A stretch of 64,000 nucleotides of DNA. Source: Eledone cirrhosa (taxonomy: Eukaryota). Shown here in pieces: positions 1 to 13,262 of this stretch. The notes beneath the pieces were generated by a model, which ran no database searches, was not told where the DNA came from, and saw only the letters and a program-made list of their open reading frames with translations. Position 1 is the first letter of the stretch; every line of letters begins with the position of its first letter. The stretch is from contig OZ024741.1 in assembly GCA_964016885.1 (NCBI GenBank), positions 15,562,001 to 15,626,000 on the forward strand, read 5' to 3'. The translations under genes and the position numbers were made by a program.

Positions 1-367
1 CCCCTTCTCACTTCCTCCCGTTTGGCTAGTAGTGGGTTCTCTTCTTGCTCACATCTCACTCACGTCGGACGGTCTGTATCTTGATCGCTCATGAAATCCA
101 CCCAGATTATGCTGACCGGATAACCATGTTGCTTGTTTATTTTCCTATCTTCGGTTTGTTTTTATCCTTCTATGTTGTTTACTTGTCTCACTCGCTTTAC
201 GCGCTTTACTTGTCCCAATAGCTTTTTTTAGTTATTGCTCGCACCAACCTGAGGTATATGATTTTTAATGCGATGAAATATCAATGATGGTTGGCAAATC
301 ACTGACGAGGGACTAATTTTATCATATGTAACCCATGTGCAACCACACAGTATTCTTCTTTCTTCTC

Positions 368-413
<46 letters not shown>

Positions 414-531
414 TAATAATAAATCTGAAGACTAAAATCCAAAGAGTGATTTGTTTTTTTAGTTTCAGAAGATCCCGTTAAGGGTGAAAGCAGCGATTCT
501 TTGATTAAACTTTAATCTGTTATTTTAATAA

Positions 532-611
<80 letters not shown>

Positions 612-618
<7 letters not shown>

Positions 619-952
619 AATAAGATAACAACGACGATTGGTTACTCTTCATTACGTTTATTGGTTGGTGACGCGCGTTTCGCCACTGACCACTGACGAT
701 CTGTATCGATCCGACCTGACTCTGTAATGCGCGGCTCGTCAAACCCCTTGTAATTACAAGGCGTCTTACGATTGGTCAGTGGCGAAACGCGCGTCACCAA
801 CCAATAAACGCAATGAAGGGGTAACCAATCGCCCTTGTTATCTTATTTAACTATAATACACTCTGTATAGCTCTACACCTCGACACTAGTGAACCTAAAC
901 ATCGAGTGCTCTCCCGAGTGAACCTACAGTTACTCCAAGTTACACTCCCTGG
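612..952. mobile_element. Fold-back mini-element with HHR 3' half
   Basis: 612-692 is inverted at 772-854; GGC-GAAAC(GCGC)GTC-ACCAACC; (TA)n flanks. Confidence 0.65.
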
Positions 953-2412
953 ATATATATATATATATATATAAACATATTTAATTAAGAATGGTTCTTT
1001 AGAGGGTATTGGGAAGAAACCACAATTGTATAAAGTACTCAATGCATTAATTGAAAGGATACATAATTATTTCTACAGAACAAGAACTGTTTCATTCGTT
1101 TGAAATAATCAGGAGAATATCTAAATAAAGTTCATGTATGTGTGAATGTGTATTTTGCGACGTATGTCGACGTGGTATATAATATCTTCGATAAAGTCGA
1201 GAAAGGCGGTGTTTCACGCAGAAGGACCCTTGGTGTATATGTTCGGGGGCGAGGAACTTGCACTCCTCGTTACTCTAATTCACGTGACTATAGCTAAGAA
1301 TCCTAGAATCCTAGTAGTTGTCACCTTTCTTCCTCGTAATCGTAATTCTGGTGTAGGTAGGCTTTACAACAACCATTCGCTCTATTGTACGAGTTTGAGT
1401 TTCTTTCATGATTTTTTTCCAATATGGTTGTTCCAATATGGTTGCTCCTATTAGATGGGTCGTCTTCCTCTTGGTAGTTTCTAGAAATAGTTTTCTATAT
1501 ATTGGTATACTTGGGATACGGTCCCTTTACAAATCCCTTTATAGTTCCAGAGACTTTCTTTTTGGAAAGAATTATTTCTCTTTCTTCCTGTTACTGGACA
1601 GAATTGCTTTGTATTGTGATGATCTCTGTGTTTTGTTAAATATCGTTTCTTGGTGTTGCTTGAATTTCCCTTTACGTGTTTTGTTCCTGGAGGTCTCTTA
1701 CTTTAAAAACCGAATGATCAGAATCATACTCCTTTGTTTTAATTCTTCCTCTTACTTGGAATTCCAGTTTTTCATATTTTCGAGGGATGCTAGTTCTGCA
1801 TTTTCACATGTTTCTGGATATTTCCTTATAGTGAATCATAAACCCATTTTTAAGATTCCCCTGGCATTTCTTCAATATTTATATATCTGCTCATTGACCG
1901 ACGTTCTCAATCGTAAGTGTTCAAGTTACATATTTATTTTACTTAGGAATATTTTTGGCGCAGTATTCTTTGCCCCTCACTGATTGTTTTCATTTGCTAT
2001 TTTCTAATTAATATCAATGAAGTAGAATTTAACCATTTTTTATACATGTCAACTTTCTTGACATTTTCAAGCAGAATTTCGTCGTAAGATTTGTTTTTTA
2101 TTTCACAGTAATTCCATTTTATATTTAATTATATTTGGTAACCAACGATTGACTTCTTTTCTTTCCGTTCTGGAATTTTCTTCGTCTATTTTTACGTTGG
2201 CTACCTTTTGAATTATGCTACAAAGTTGTTTGAAATTTGAACTAAAGATTGTTTTCTGTCTTTCTATATCGTTAACATTCCCTGTCAAAATATGAAAGTT
2301 ATTAAACTTCTCCATAAAAGTTATCACTTGTTTGCTAATATCCCACGTCCTGTTTAGGATTTCCTCATCAAGCCCTTTAAATGGCTTGTCGGTTTGGGTG
2401 GCATTTTCACAC

Positions 2413-2443
<31 letters not shown>

Positions 2444-3017
2444 AGAGAGAAAGTATGACCCCGACGACAGAGCTCAAGCCGTTTCGACGGCTATTTCTGG
2501 ACTAAAGTGCGTTATGGTCCATCTGGTTCCTTACCACAACTCCTCCGTTATATATATATATATATGAATGTCATTTATTTTGTCTGACCTGTTTAGCTTG
2601 ACTTGTTTTTGGTTTAGAGGGTTAATGGTTTCTTGACCGCCTTCTCAGTTTGTATGGCCTTTATAACCTATGTTTATTGCTCTAGTCTCTTTAGCCCATG
2701 GAGCGCTTGCCAGCATGACTCGGAATTTGCGTTACGTTTCGCTTTTTCTACCCGCCGAAATGTGATTCTCGCTGAATTTATATATATATATATATAAATT
2801 TATATATATATATATATAATTTATATATATATATATATATATATATAACAAAGGAATTGTGGTAAGGAACCAGATGGACCATAACGCACCAGAGTACTCA
2901 ATACTTAGGGTAGTAGAGTAGGAAATAGGAAAAAGTATGACCCCGACGGCTATTTCTGGTAATATTTCCAGAAATAGCCGTCGAAACTGCTTGAGTTCTG
3001 CCGTCGGGGTCATACTT

Positions 3018-3057
<40 letters not shown>

Positions 3058-3460
3058 TTGGCTTAAATATTGAGGGGCGAGTTAAATAATATAGAAAACA
3101 TAAAGATGAAACTGCAATCAATCAGTACATCTAGTATGAAGTTTTAAAAAATAATATTAATCAGCAAATATACAGACTGAGTATAAAGTATTTCCCTGAC
3201 TATAAAATACCATATCTCTGATACTGTTTGAGATTTTACTTTTTCATTGTTTTAATTTATAAATTTCAAGTTTAAAGTTTTTCTGAACATGTTTTACATT
3301 TCCTCTTCTAAAGGAAGTAGTTGTAATTTTGTGCTACAAAATGGCGTCTAGGAAACCAAAACCTCGGTGTTTTGTGTATATGTTAAATCTTTTATACGGT
3401 ATAAGATTAAGGTTACATATGCACACATACATACATAGTACATACATAATACATACATAC

Positions 3461-4056
3461 ATGGTGGCTGCCAACTCGTTTTCGAGTACGGCCACTACTT
3501 TATATCCCTGTAGGAGAACCCCAACCGATGCGCTGAACGAGTGTGACTTTTTAGTCCAGCCAGAGACTTGAAAACTCTGGTACAAACACTACACTTGTTA
3601 CAATTACTGACACATAGTGCTGGGCCCATGGTACCATGTGACGACAAGTGCAGAGATATCTCCAGATATAAAGCAATGCCTGTGCCGTGAGCAAAGGCAC
3701 TGCACAAAGCCAGTCCCACTCTCTTAATCAAGATGATATTTACCAAAAAGAAGAACAAGTCAACATCATTGGATACCATCAGGATTGCAAGTGTTATATC
3801 AGAGTTTTCCTTCTCCTAGAATTCTGCCTTGACAAAGGCTAAGGGGTCATCTCTCCCGGTGATTTTGGATGGCCATTGACTCTTAAGAGCTCATTTGCCC
3901 TTTGACAGGTTTTGTTTTTAGTCCTGCAGGATGTCCAAAGTAACCCTCCTCACCAAGAAACCTTGGTGGGGTTGCCAGTTTAGTCGCCAACGACCCGATC
4001 ATGAGACAGGTTGTACTGGGATACATGTTACCAGTAGCACCAACTGGTGACCTGAC
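3461..4056 (-). mobile_element. RTE-derived non-autonomous element, family A
   Basis: ~590 bp with an RTE-like 5' region (GGAGAAGGAAAACTCTG), a 3' C2H2 remnant CSVCTRVFKSLAGLKSHTRSAH, a short stem-loop and a (TATG)n tail. Confidence 0.75.
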
Positions 4057-4143
4057 ATACATCTTACATACATACATACTTACATACATAAGTTAAATTC
4101 ATACATATATACATACATACATAATACATACATACATACATGC

Positions 4144-4713
4144 ATGGTGGCTGCCAACTCGTTTTCGAGTACGGCCACTACTTTATATCCATGTAGGAGA
4201 ACCCCTACCGAAGCGCTGCATGAGTGTGACTTTTTAGTCCAGCCAGCGACTTGAAAACTCTGGTACAAACACTACACTTGTGACAATTATTGACACATAG
4301 TGCTGGGCCCATGGTACCATGTGAGGACAAGTGCAGAGAGATCTCCAGATATAAAGCAATGCCTGTGCCGTGAAGCTTTTATAGTGAGCAAAGGCACTGC
4401 ACAAAGCCAGTCCCACTCTCTTAACCAAGATGATATTTACCAAAAAGAAGAACAAGTCAACATCATTGGATACCATCAAGGTTGCAGGTGTTATATCAGA
4501 GTTTTCCTTCTCCTAGAATTCTGCCTTGACAAAGGCTAAGGGGTCATCTCTCCCGGTGATTTTGGATGGCCATTGACTCTTAAGAGCTCCTTTGCCCTTT
4601 GACAGGTTTTGTTTTTAGTCCTGCAGGATGTCCAAAGTCACCCTCCTCACCAAGAGACCTTGGTGGGGTTGCCAGTTTAGTCGCCAACGACCCGACCATG
4701 AGGCAGGTTGTAC
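4144..4713 (-). mobile_element. Family A copy
   Basis: Near-identical to 3461-4056. Confidence 0.8.
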
Positions 4714-4769
4714 ATACATGCATACATACATACATACATACATACATACATACATACATACATACATAC

Positions 4770-5205
4770 ATTCAAAATGAAATTTGGTGAGCCCAAGTTT
4801 GCATATTTGGCAGTAAAACGTGTTCTGTTGTGGAGATCAGCTGCCCACTTGATGTAAACGTTGTCAGAAAAATACAGGAGAAGGAGGACATCTAGGGACC
4901 ATTGATGAGGAGTTTACAAATCCAGTATCCAAGATACACCTTTAGCTTCATACCCATCATTATTGGAGCAACGGGTTATATACCAACCCGGTTGGACCAA
5001 AGTATGACTGAACTTGGATTTGCGGACAAAAAGTGCAGCTCCCTAATTCATAGTCTACAAATGGCTGCGATAGCTGGCACCTTCAAAATTTGCAAAAACA
5101 TTCTGGAATTCAAGGGATGACAATTTCTTTTGTTTTACAACCTTGCCACCAAGAAGGTGGCCGGTCAAAAAAATATACTCGAAATTAAGAGAAAGAGATA
5201 AAAAA
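4770..5205 (+). mobile_element. 3' fragment of an R2-superfamily (R4/Dong-like) retrotransposon, restriction-like endonuclease
   Basis: VVEISCPLDVNVVRKIQEKED..PL...FIPIIIGATG matches RLE consensus; short A-run then (CATA)n. Confidence 0.75.
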
Positions 5206-5815
5206 CATACATGCATACATGATGGCTGCCCCCTCGTTATCGAGTATGGCCATTGCACGATATACCATTATTAATAATTATTAATTAATTCTATCGTGCA
5301 ATCCCTGTGCGTAAAGATATTTTTTAAAGTGAGGAAAGACTGGGCACTGAGCCAATCCCACTCTCTGAGAGACAGTAGCTATAACCCGAAAAGAAGAAAA
5401 GATCAACATCATCGGTAACTATTAAGCCGCAGGTTTTATGTCGGAGTTATCCCAATTTCCTGAGTTACCTTCTCCTAGAAGAATGACCTGACAAAGGCTA
5501 GGGGCCCTACACTCCCAGTGGTTTAACCGCGCGATCGGGTGTCCAGCCCGACTATTTCTATGTCCCTACGCATATACATACACATGCAACCTGTCGCATG
5601 GTCGGGTCGTCGGCGACTAAACCGGCAACCCCACCGAATTTACTTGGTGAGGAGGGTGATTTTGGACACTCTGCGGGACAAAAAACAAAACCTAACAAAG
5701 GGCGGAAGAACTCATAAGAGTCAACGGCCATCCAAAAGTGCGTAAATATGTATATACACGTGTACATATGTATGTATATGTTCATACATACAAACATAAT
5801 ACATACTTACATAAG

Positions 5816-5846
<31 letters not shown>

Positions 5847-6728
5847 CATACATACATACATACATAAGTTATATACATACATACATGATGGCTGCAAACT
5901 CTGCTAAGAGTATTGCAATCGCTTGTCAGATTATAGAGTTTGGGGCACTTTTAGGCTACGGCCAGCCGCACAAAACTGTAACTTCCTGAACAAGCAATGC
6001 ATGTGCTTTGAAGGTTTTTAAGTGGAGAAAGGCCTACATACATACATGATGGCTGCCCCCTCGTTATCGAGTATGGCCATTGTACGATATACCATTATTA
6101 ATAATTATTAATTAATTCTATCGTGCAATCCCTGTGCGTAAAAATATTTTTTAAAGTGACAAAAGACTGTGCACTGAGCCAATCCCACTCTCTGAGAGAC
6201 AGTAGTTATAACCCGAAAAGAAGATAAGATCAACATCATCTGTAACGACTGAGCCGCAGGTTTTATATCGGAGTTATCCCAATTTCCCTTGTTGCCTTCT
6301 CTTAGAAGAATACCCTGACAAAGGCTAGGGGTCCTTCACTCCCAGTAGTTTAACTGCGCGATCGGGTGTTCAGCCCGACTATTTCTATGTCCCCGCGCAT
6401 ATACATACACATGCACCTATGTATATACACATATACATACATATGTACATGTGTACATACATATTTACACACATTTGGATGGCCGTTGACTCTTATGAGT
6501 TCTTCCGCCCTTTGTCAGGTTTTGTTTTTCGTCCTGCAGGGTGTCCAAACTCACCCTCCTCGCCAAGTAAACTTGGTGGGGTTGACGGTTTAGTCGCCGA
6601 CGACCCGACCATCCGACAGGTTAAACTGGGTTACATGCAACTGCATTACTGCAATTCGGCAGATTCATTGAGTGAGGTAGACAATTACCGGAGTTCATTG
6701 ACTTAATACCAGCGATCCTCGTTAATTT

Positions 6729-6802
<74 letters not shown>

Positions 6803-6828
6803 GTGGTTACACAACAGTTAGTTCACCA

Positions 6829-6871
6829 TACCGAGAACAATTGTTTCACCTTACCGGATCTTCAGCTCGTA
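6829..6871 (-). ncRNA. Type I minimal hammerhead ribozyme in fold-back mini-element 6798-6981
   Basis: TACGAG-CTGAAGA-tCC(ggtaa)GGt-GAAAC(AATT)GTT-CTCGgTA; arms 6798-6832 and 6882-6917 are inverted; (TA)n on both sides. Confidence 0.7.
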
Positions 6872-6976
6872 ATGGACATGAGTATGGTGAACTAATTGTT
6901 GTGTAACCACTTCTACCTAACTCGTCCCATGGACTGAGTGCTCTACCACTACAGATATTACCTTCCGGTGTTCTAC

Positions 6977-7046
<70 letters not shown>

Positions 7047-7086
7047 GATAGTAAACAAATGGAAACTATATTTATAAAACCATATT

Positions 7087-7152
7087 TATTTCATTATACA
7101 TATTTCAGGGATACCATATTAAAAATATGGCATGCCTTCGTCAGATAAAATA
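7087..7152 (-). ncRNA. Type I minimal hammerhead ribozyme
   Basis: TATTTTAT-CTGACGA-AGGcATGCCATAT(tttta)ATATGGTATcCCT-GAAA-T(ATGT)A-TA-ATGAAATA. Confidence 0.78.
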
Positions 7153-8204
7153 CAATATATAAACTGTTTTATAAATAATTTTGGCGTACCATAAATATAA
7201 GCCACCATTAAGGTAGGAACTGACACACCATTAATGGGCCTACACACATCCTTTGGAGTTTACTGTCCTGTGTTTTCTTACTTCACCTTCTGTGTTGGAT
7301 AACACACCTCCACCACTCAAACAACTATCTTAAAAGCTTATTGGCCCATGTGACGGGAAATCGCACTTGCGGACGCATTTACCCAATACCCAACCCTACA
7401 CGGAGCCCTTTGCCGGCCCACATTGCAGTTGCTTGCACGCACAGATTTGGTGACACGGATTCTCAACGGGACAGCGGTACACAAGGAGTTCGACATGAGC
7501 TGATTGCTTGCTCTTCACATGGATGTGTATATACCTGGACATACCCCCCTTGGGGGGGGGGGGGGGGGCGATTCGGATGTGTATATACCATAACACACAC
7601 TTAAAGATATGGATGTTACAATTCGATCTATACACGTATAGCAGAACACTGAACTAAACTTACTTGAGCGCGCGCGTGTGTGTGTGTGTGTGGGGTGTTG
7701 GTTAACCCAATATTTCCAATTTACATCGTCAAATTAAGATTTGACCGACATAGCTTCTGTTGCTTTGTGAACTAACTTTCGGTGATTGCTGTGTTGGTAC
7801 ATTCTTATATTTGTTTTATTATGTTTTTTTTTCTCGGACATCGCTTCGGTGTGTGTTAAAGTGTGTGTGTACCCACCCACGCTAATTCTACGGGTTTAAT
7901 ACTGTGTTAATGTGTGTATATATATGTATATTTTTTTTTTACCTCGAGCCGATGTATGTAGGTGTGGAGTGTGTGTGTACCCACTCACTTTTAACTGTGA
8001 CTGACTGTATCCCTACAGATTTGTTTGATGTCCAGCGTCTTCTGCAGCGATAGAAATCTGAAAACTTTTATGACCTCAACTAAAGCTAATAGCAGTCGCC
8101 ATGTCTCTCACTGACTGGTGTGTCTCCATATGAGGGAATGAATTCTGTGAGAGACCATCGTTATTTTTTCTCCCTCATATCAAGAATTTGAAGACAATTC
8201 ATTT

Positions 8205-8278
8205 TCACCTGATGAGATCAGTGATAATCGATCATGGCTTCACAATCGATCTATCTCTTATTGAAACATGTGTCGTGA
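8205..8278 (+). ncRNA. Type I minimal hammerhead ribozyme
   Basis: TCAC-CTGATGA-[irregular stem II]-GAAAC(ATGT)GTC-GTGA. Confidence 0.68.
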
Positions 8279-8467
8279 TTAAATGATTGGAATTTTCCCT
8301 TGCCTTCGGATTTTCATTTTGATACTTATACTCCGTTTTACATCATCTAGCTGTTCCCTTGAATGGAATTGGAGATATACAAAAGCGTGGATATTGCTAA
8401 CATAAAGTTATTGGACCATTTTACACAACCAATAATACACCTTACTATATAACAACTATATATATAT

Positions 8468-9106
8468 ACTAGCCGAGGTACCCGGTAATACCCGAGAGCG
8501 GGGGTATTCCCAGTTCCCATTAAAATGCCCAATGCCTCTCAGACCAAAAATGAAATCCAAATATAGGACAGATAACCAAAAGTGAAGACAAATTCGTTTA
8601 CGAAACAATAATACAAACAAATACTGTTGATTGCATTGGACAGGCGACAAAATGTTTGTCAGAGAAGTTGAGTGTTGTTATAAGGAAAATAATAGAACCC
8701 CCATTAGGGTGTCTTAATATTATTGAAATTTGCTGAAATGTTGTGAACAGACATCATATCTTGTCATTTACCTATGGTTTAAATTTCATATAAATCAAAG
8801 GGAAATATACTGATCCAAGTACCCTGGGCAATTTAGTTTCAGAATATATAAGGTTATGGGGAGTCTATCTCCAAAACCATAGGGGTTCGTGAAATCTTGT
8901 TCCATTTATTGGCCAAAATTTTCACTATAGGAGGTTTAACCCCCATTAGGGTGTCTTAATATTATTGAACTCTTTGATTAAAATGAAATATAGAAATCAA
9001 ATGGGCATGACCCCCACACACGTGTCAAGTTTCATCAAGATCGGTTTGGTAGTTTTTGAGTTTTAGGATCATAAACAAACAAACACGCAAACAGACAGAA
9101 ATTGCC

Positions 9107-9112
<6 letters not shown>
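8468..9112 (-). mobile_element. Non-autonomous Helitron
   Basis: 5' (GTTT/GTCT) microsatellite, GATCTTGATGAAACTT motif, 3' GC hairpin followed by CTAG|T. Confidence 0.65.
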
Positions 9113-9144
<32 letters not shown>

Positions 9145-9151
<7 letters not shown>

Positions 9152-9546
9152 TTGCAAGGTTTTTGATATGAAATCGTGTGTCGAAACAAATATTGTTATA
9201 CTTGGGGAGGGTCATATTGTTGTAATAATATTGCCAGAAATAATTGTTGTATTGTATGTCTACGCCATTTTTCTGAAAAATGGCGTAGACATACAATACA
9301 ACAGGAGGAAACATAATAGTACCACTGATGATGTTGCAGATGTGCAACGAAAGAACTTTGTTAGACTATATATATGTATTTATATCTGTATTTTTTACCG
9401 TTGGTCAGTCAGTGATAAACATTGATTGCCAAATAAATTAACTATGGAGATATAAAAGATACAGAGCGAAAACCAACCAAAAAGTGAGTGTGTTCTGTTA
9501 TTATTTCTGGCAATATTATTACAACAATATGACCCTCCCCAAGTAT

Positions 9547-9551
<5 letters not shown>
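9145..9551 (+). mobile_element. Miniature fold-back pLTR of the 50-52 kb Neptune subfamily with an HHR-like motif (9317-9369)
   Basis: Homologous to 51495-51762. It has an inverted tail at 9145-9245 and a hairpin at 9244-9303, and is flanked by (TA)n on both sides. Confidence 0.8.
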
Positions 9552-9594
<43 letters not shown>

Positions 9595-9703
9595 TGTTCA
9601 TACACGAACAAAAGCGCTACCCAAGGCTTTAAGACCCAAATTTGACTATACCTCAAGAATGCAAGAGGTATCAAATTAGTTACCTTTCTTATATATGTAT
9701 GTA

Positions 9704-9799
<96 letters not shown>

Positions 9800-10624
9800 C
9801 GTGTGTGTGTGTGTGTGTGTGTGTGGTGAAACTACGAGTACACCACTGGGTAAGAGTGCCCTTTCTGCAATGCTGCAACTCATCAATGTTTGGATCAATC
9901 TTCAGAAAACCCCATGGTGACGGAATCATCTCAATCGATGAAATACCATAACCAGCATTCCTCTATCGAGATATCAAACGTAACAAACACCTCCTCTCAC
10001 TTGCACACATGATAATTTCACCACATGAAACACTGTAGGGTCTTTCGACTGAATATTTCAGATTGAAGCAAAGAATACGATGACACTTTTGTTGAAAAAA
10101 ATATCCAAGTTTGGAATTAAATGAATACAGATAGACACTCACATTTAATTCTCTCCCTTTTCTGCTAAAAACCAAAAGAGTATAACGCCATTTTTTTTTA
10201 ATTTACAGCTTTTGTGAAGACGAGTTTTATCGCTGATCATTTAGTTTCGTTAAAAAAAACTGTTTCAATTTTATTCATTTCTTCACTGAGTCTTAGTTTA
10301 TTTCATCGTTATTTCCTTCTCGGTTTTTATTTTTAAAGAAATCTCTAAAATATTCCGTTTTTCACTGCCTCATCTCCATAGAAGCTATTCACGCCATCAT
10401 ATTACGGCCATTAACTAGAACACTTTATATGTCTACACTTGACAATTAAATCTCTGTTTTATATCATCTTCACCTTCCTACAATCGTTTCCACAACATTC
10501 CACACAAATATCAATCAATTCTTTTCATATATAGTTTTTTTTTAAACGCGGATTTCTTTCTTTTCTGTTTCTTTTCTATGTTTTGTTTTGTTTGTTTTCT
10601 ATATTAGATTTTATATGTTTTATT

Positions 10625-11405
10625 CACCATCACTACCACCGCCATCACCACCATCACTACCACCACCATCACCATCACCACCACTACCACCACCATCACT
10701 ACTACTACCATCACCACCACTACCACCACCACCACCATCACCACCACCACCACTACCACCACCATCACTACCACCACCATCACCACCACTACCACCACCA
10801 TCACCACCACCACCATCACCACCACCACCACTACCACCACCATCACTATCACTACAATCACTTCCATCACCAGCACCGCTATTACCATGTTACCACCTCT
10901 TCCATTACCACCTCTTCCAGCGCCACCAACACCGCACTGCTATTACCACTATTACCACCACCTCTGTCACCACCACTATTACCACATCATCCAGGACTAC
11001 CACCACCAAAACCAGCACCACCACCACACCACCACTATTACCACCACTACCAACACCACCAACACATTCACCACCACCACATTCCCCACCACCACCACAA
11101 CTTACCACCGCCACCACCACCACCACCACTACTATCACCACCACCATCACCACCACCACCACCACCTTTAACACTACCACCACCACACCACCACCACCAC
11201 CACCACACCACTATCACCACCACACCACCACCGTCACTACCTCCATCACCACCACCACCGCCATCACCTCTACTACCACCACCATCACCACACCATCACC
11301 ACCTCCACCGCCATCACCACTACTACCACCACCATCACCACACCATCACCACCACCACCGCCATCACCACTACTACCACGACCACCACCACGACCACCAT
11401 CACCT
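10625..11405. repeat. Degenerate (CAC/CAT/TAC)n trinucleotide tract
   Basis: Direct inspection; gives spurious His/Pro/Thr ORFs. Confidence 0.95.
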
Positions 11406-11614
11406 ATATACTTCTGTTCCTGTTAAACTTTATATTCAATGTTTAACTTAATTCACATCGTATAAATATTATGACTGGCTTCTCTAGCAAGTTAACTAAT
11501 TATTAATTAACTAGTAATTAATTTTTGATATCCCGATTATTCAGACAACTCTTTTATTGTTGTTTTCTTCTTCTTCTTCGTCTTCTTCTTCTTCTTCTTC
11601 TTCTTCTTCTTCTT

Positions 11615-11860
11615 CGCCTCCCATTCGTGAGAGTGTCGTGGGGACAGAGTCCTCAAACACTCCCTCCGGCGGGTCCTGTCAGAAGTAAAAAGGCCCAACT
11701 GATCCGGCTCCAAGCGAGACCAGCCAACCTCAACGATGTTATCTGACCACCATGTTCGGGGTCTACCCTGGCTCTCCTGTCGGTTGGTTTTGTCGTAATA
11801 TCTGTCCAGTGATTCTTTCCTCAGACATTTAGGTCACATGGTTAGCATGCCTCAGCTTTA
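11615..11860 (-). mobile_element. RTE LINE 3' end with (GAA)n tail
   Basis: Decayed RxxGRPRTWWSDNI...DRTR motif; homologous to 33470-33700. Confidence 0.65.
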
Positions 11861-12850
11861 AGTTGTTTCACTTCATAATCATTATTAACATCATCAACAT
11901 CATCAACATCGTCATCAACATCATTAACATCATCATTGTTATCATCATCATCAATATCATCATCATCATCATTGTTATAATTATCATCCTCACCGTCCCT
12001 TTATGATCTGAGTTCAAATCCCGCCGAGGTTAACCTCGGCGGAATTTGAACCCAGACCATAAAGGGCCGTAACCCTATGCTGCAATGTATGAATAACAAC
12101 CACCATCATCCTTATTAGCACCGACATTTTTCCCATCAACATCATCATCATCATATCATCATCATCATCATATCATCATCATCATCATATCATCATCATC
12201 ATCATATCATCAACATCATCATATCATCATCATCATCATCATCATATCATCATTTTATCATTGTCCCCAACACCAATATCATCCCCACAACCAACAACAT
12301 CATCATCATCACTCTCATCACCACTACCAACATCATCACCATCATCATCCTCACTATATCCGCCTGTGTACACAGACCTATGGTATTTCTCTATAGATAG
12401 TCTGTCACTATTAGTTAGCCTCCCCAATAATGGTATGGTTCCGTAACTCCTGGGGAGTCGAACGGACGCTGTATTGATATACAGATTTCTTGGGTATTTT
12501 AAGGCTGGCAGAGCCCATCCCTCTCCAGGCCTCAACACAGCAGATTTCTTCCATAGAAAGATAGAAAGTGAGAGGAAGTGAGAAAGAAATACAGAGGAAG
12601 AATAGACTCCAGTACTAGACTGGTACCAATTATACCAAATACTAATTGTGTTGGACCAGGTTCTTCAACTGCCGCAATTCGACAGCTAAATCACTATAAA
12701 ACCTTTTTTCCAGCTCATTTCTTCACAATATTTTAAGAAGTGTTAACCCTGTCAACTACTATATAATTTAACAAGTATATTTTATATTAGGTTACATGGA
12801 TAGACGAAGATAGATAGGTTACATGGATAGACGAGGTAGATGTTTACATA

Positions 12851-13262
12851 TACGAGTGTAGGCGGAAACATTCATAGGTTGATTAGGAAGGAATGATGCT
12901 AGAGCTATGAAATCTTGCATGCATTAATGTCAACTCTTTTTATTAATAACTGCTTTGTTTCTTTCTAAGGACTATGTTGAAAAATAAACCTCATTTAGTC
13001 ATTCCACAAGCATATCTTGATCAGCCTATGAAGGAGTGATGCTAGAGCTGTGAAATCTTGAATACATTAATTTCAACTCTTCTTATTAATAATTGCATTG
13101 ATTCTTTTCAGGGATTATGTCAAAAAACAAACCTCATTTGATCATTCCCTGAGAGTATCTTGGTCAGCCTTTGAAGGAGTGACGCTAGAGCTGTGAAACC
13201 TTGCATTAATTTGGTCAGCCTATGAACGTTTAAGCCTGTGAACGTTTCAACTGACCCTCGTA
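12851..13262. mobile_element. Tc1/mariner-type MITE with ~3 internal tandem ~127-bp units
   Basis: TA-CGAG...TTCATAGG / CCTATGAA...CTCG-TA imperfect TIRs; repeated GGAGTGATGCTAGAGCTGTGAAATCTTG. Confidence 0.6.

Noticed and set aside
465-505. HHR at CAGAAGATCCCGTTAAGGGTGAAAGC (also ~42170 and ~42930)
   Set aside because: Core reads CAGAAGA and stems I and III cannot be formed convincingly; at most a decayed relative of the 6829 motif.
3495-3640. C2H2 zinc-finger host gene exon
   Set aside because: Present in every family A copy; it is an RTE ORF terminus remnant.
7200-7540. GIY-YIG remnant upstream of the 7087 HHR (SAISRH, AFKIV on the minus strand)
   Set aside because: Too degenerate to support without a profile search.
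10583-11451. His-rich and extensin-like Pro-rich ORFs
   Set aside because: Translations of a degenerate CAC/CAT microsatellite, open in several frames.
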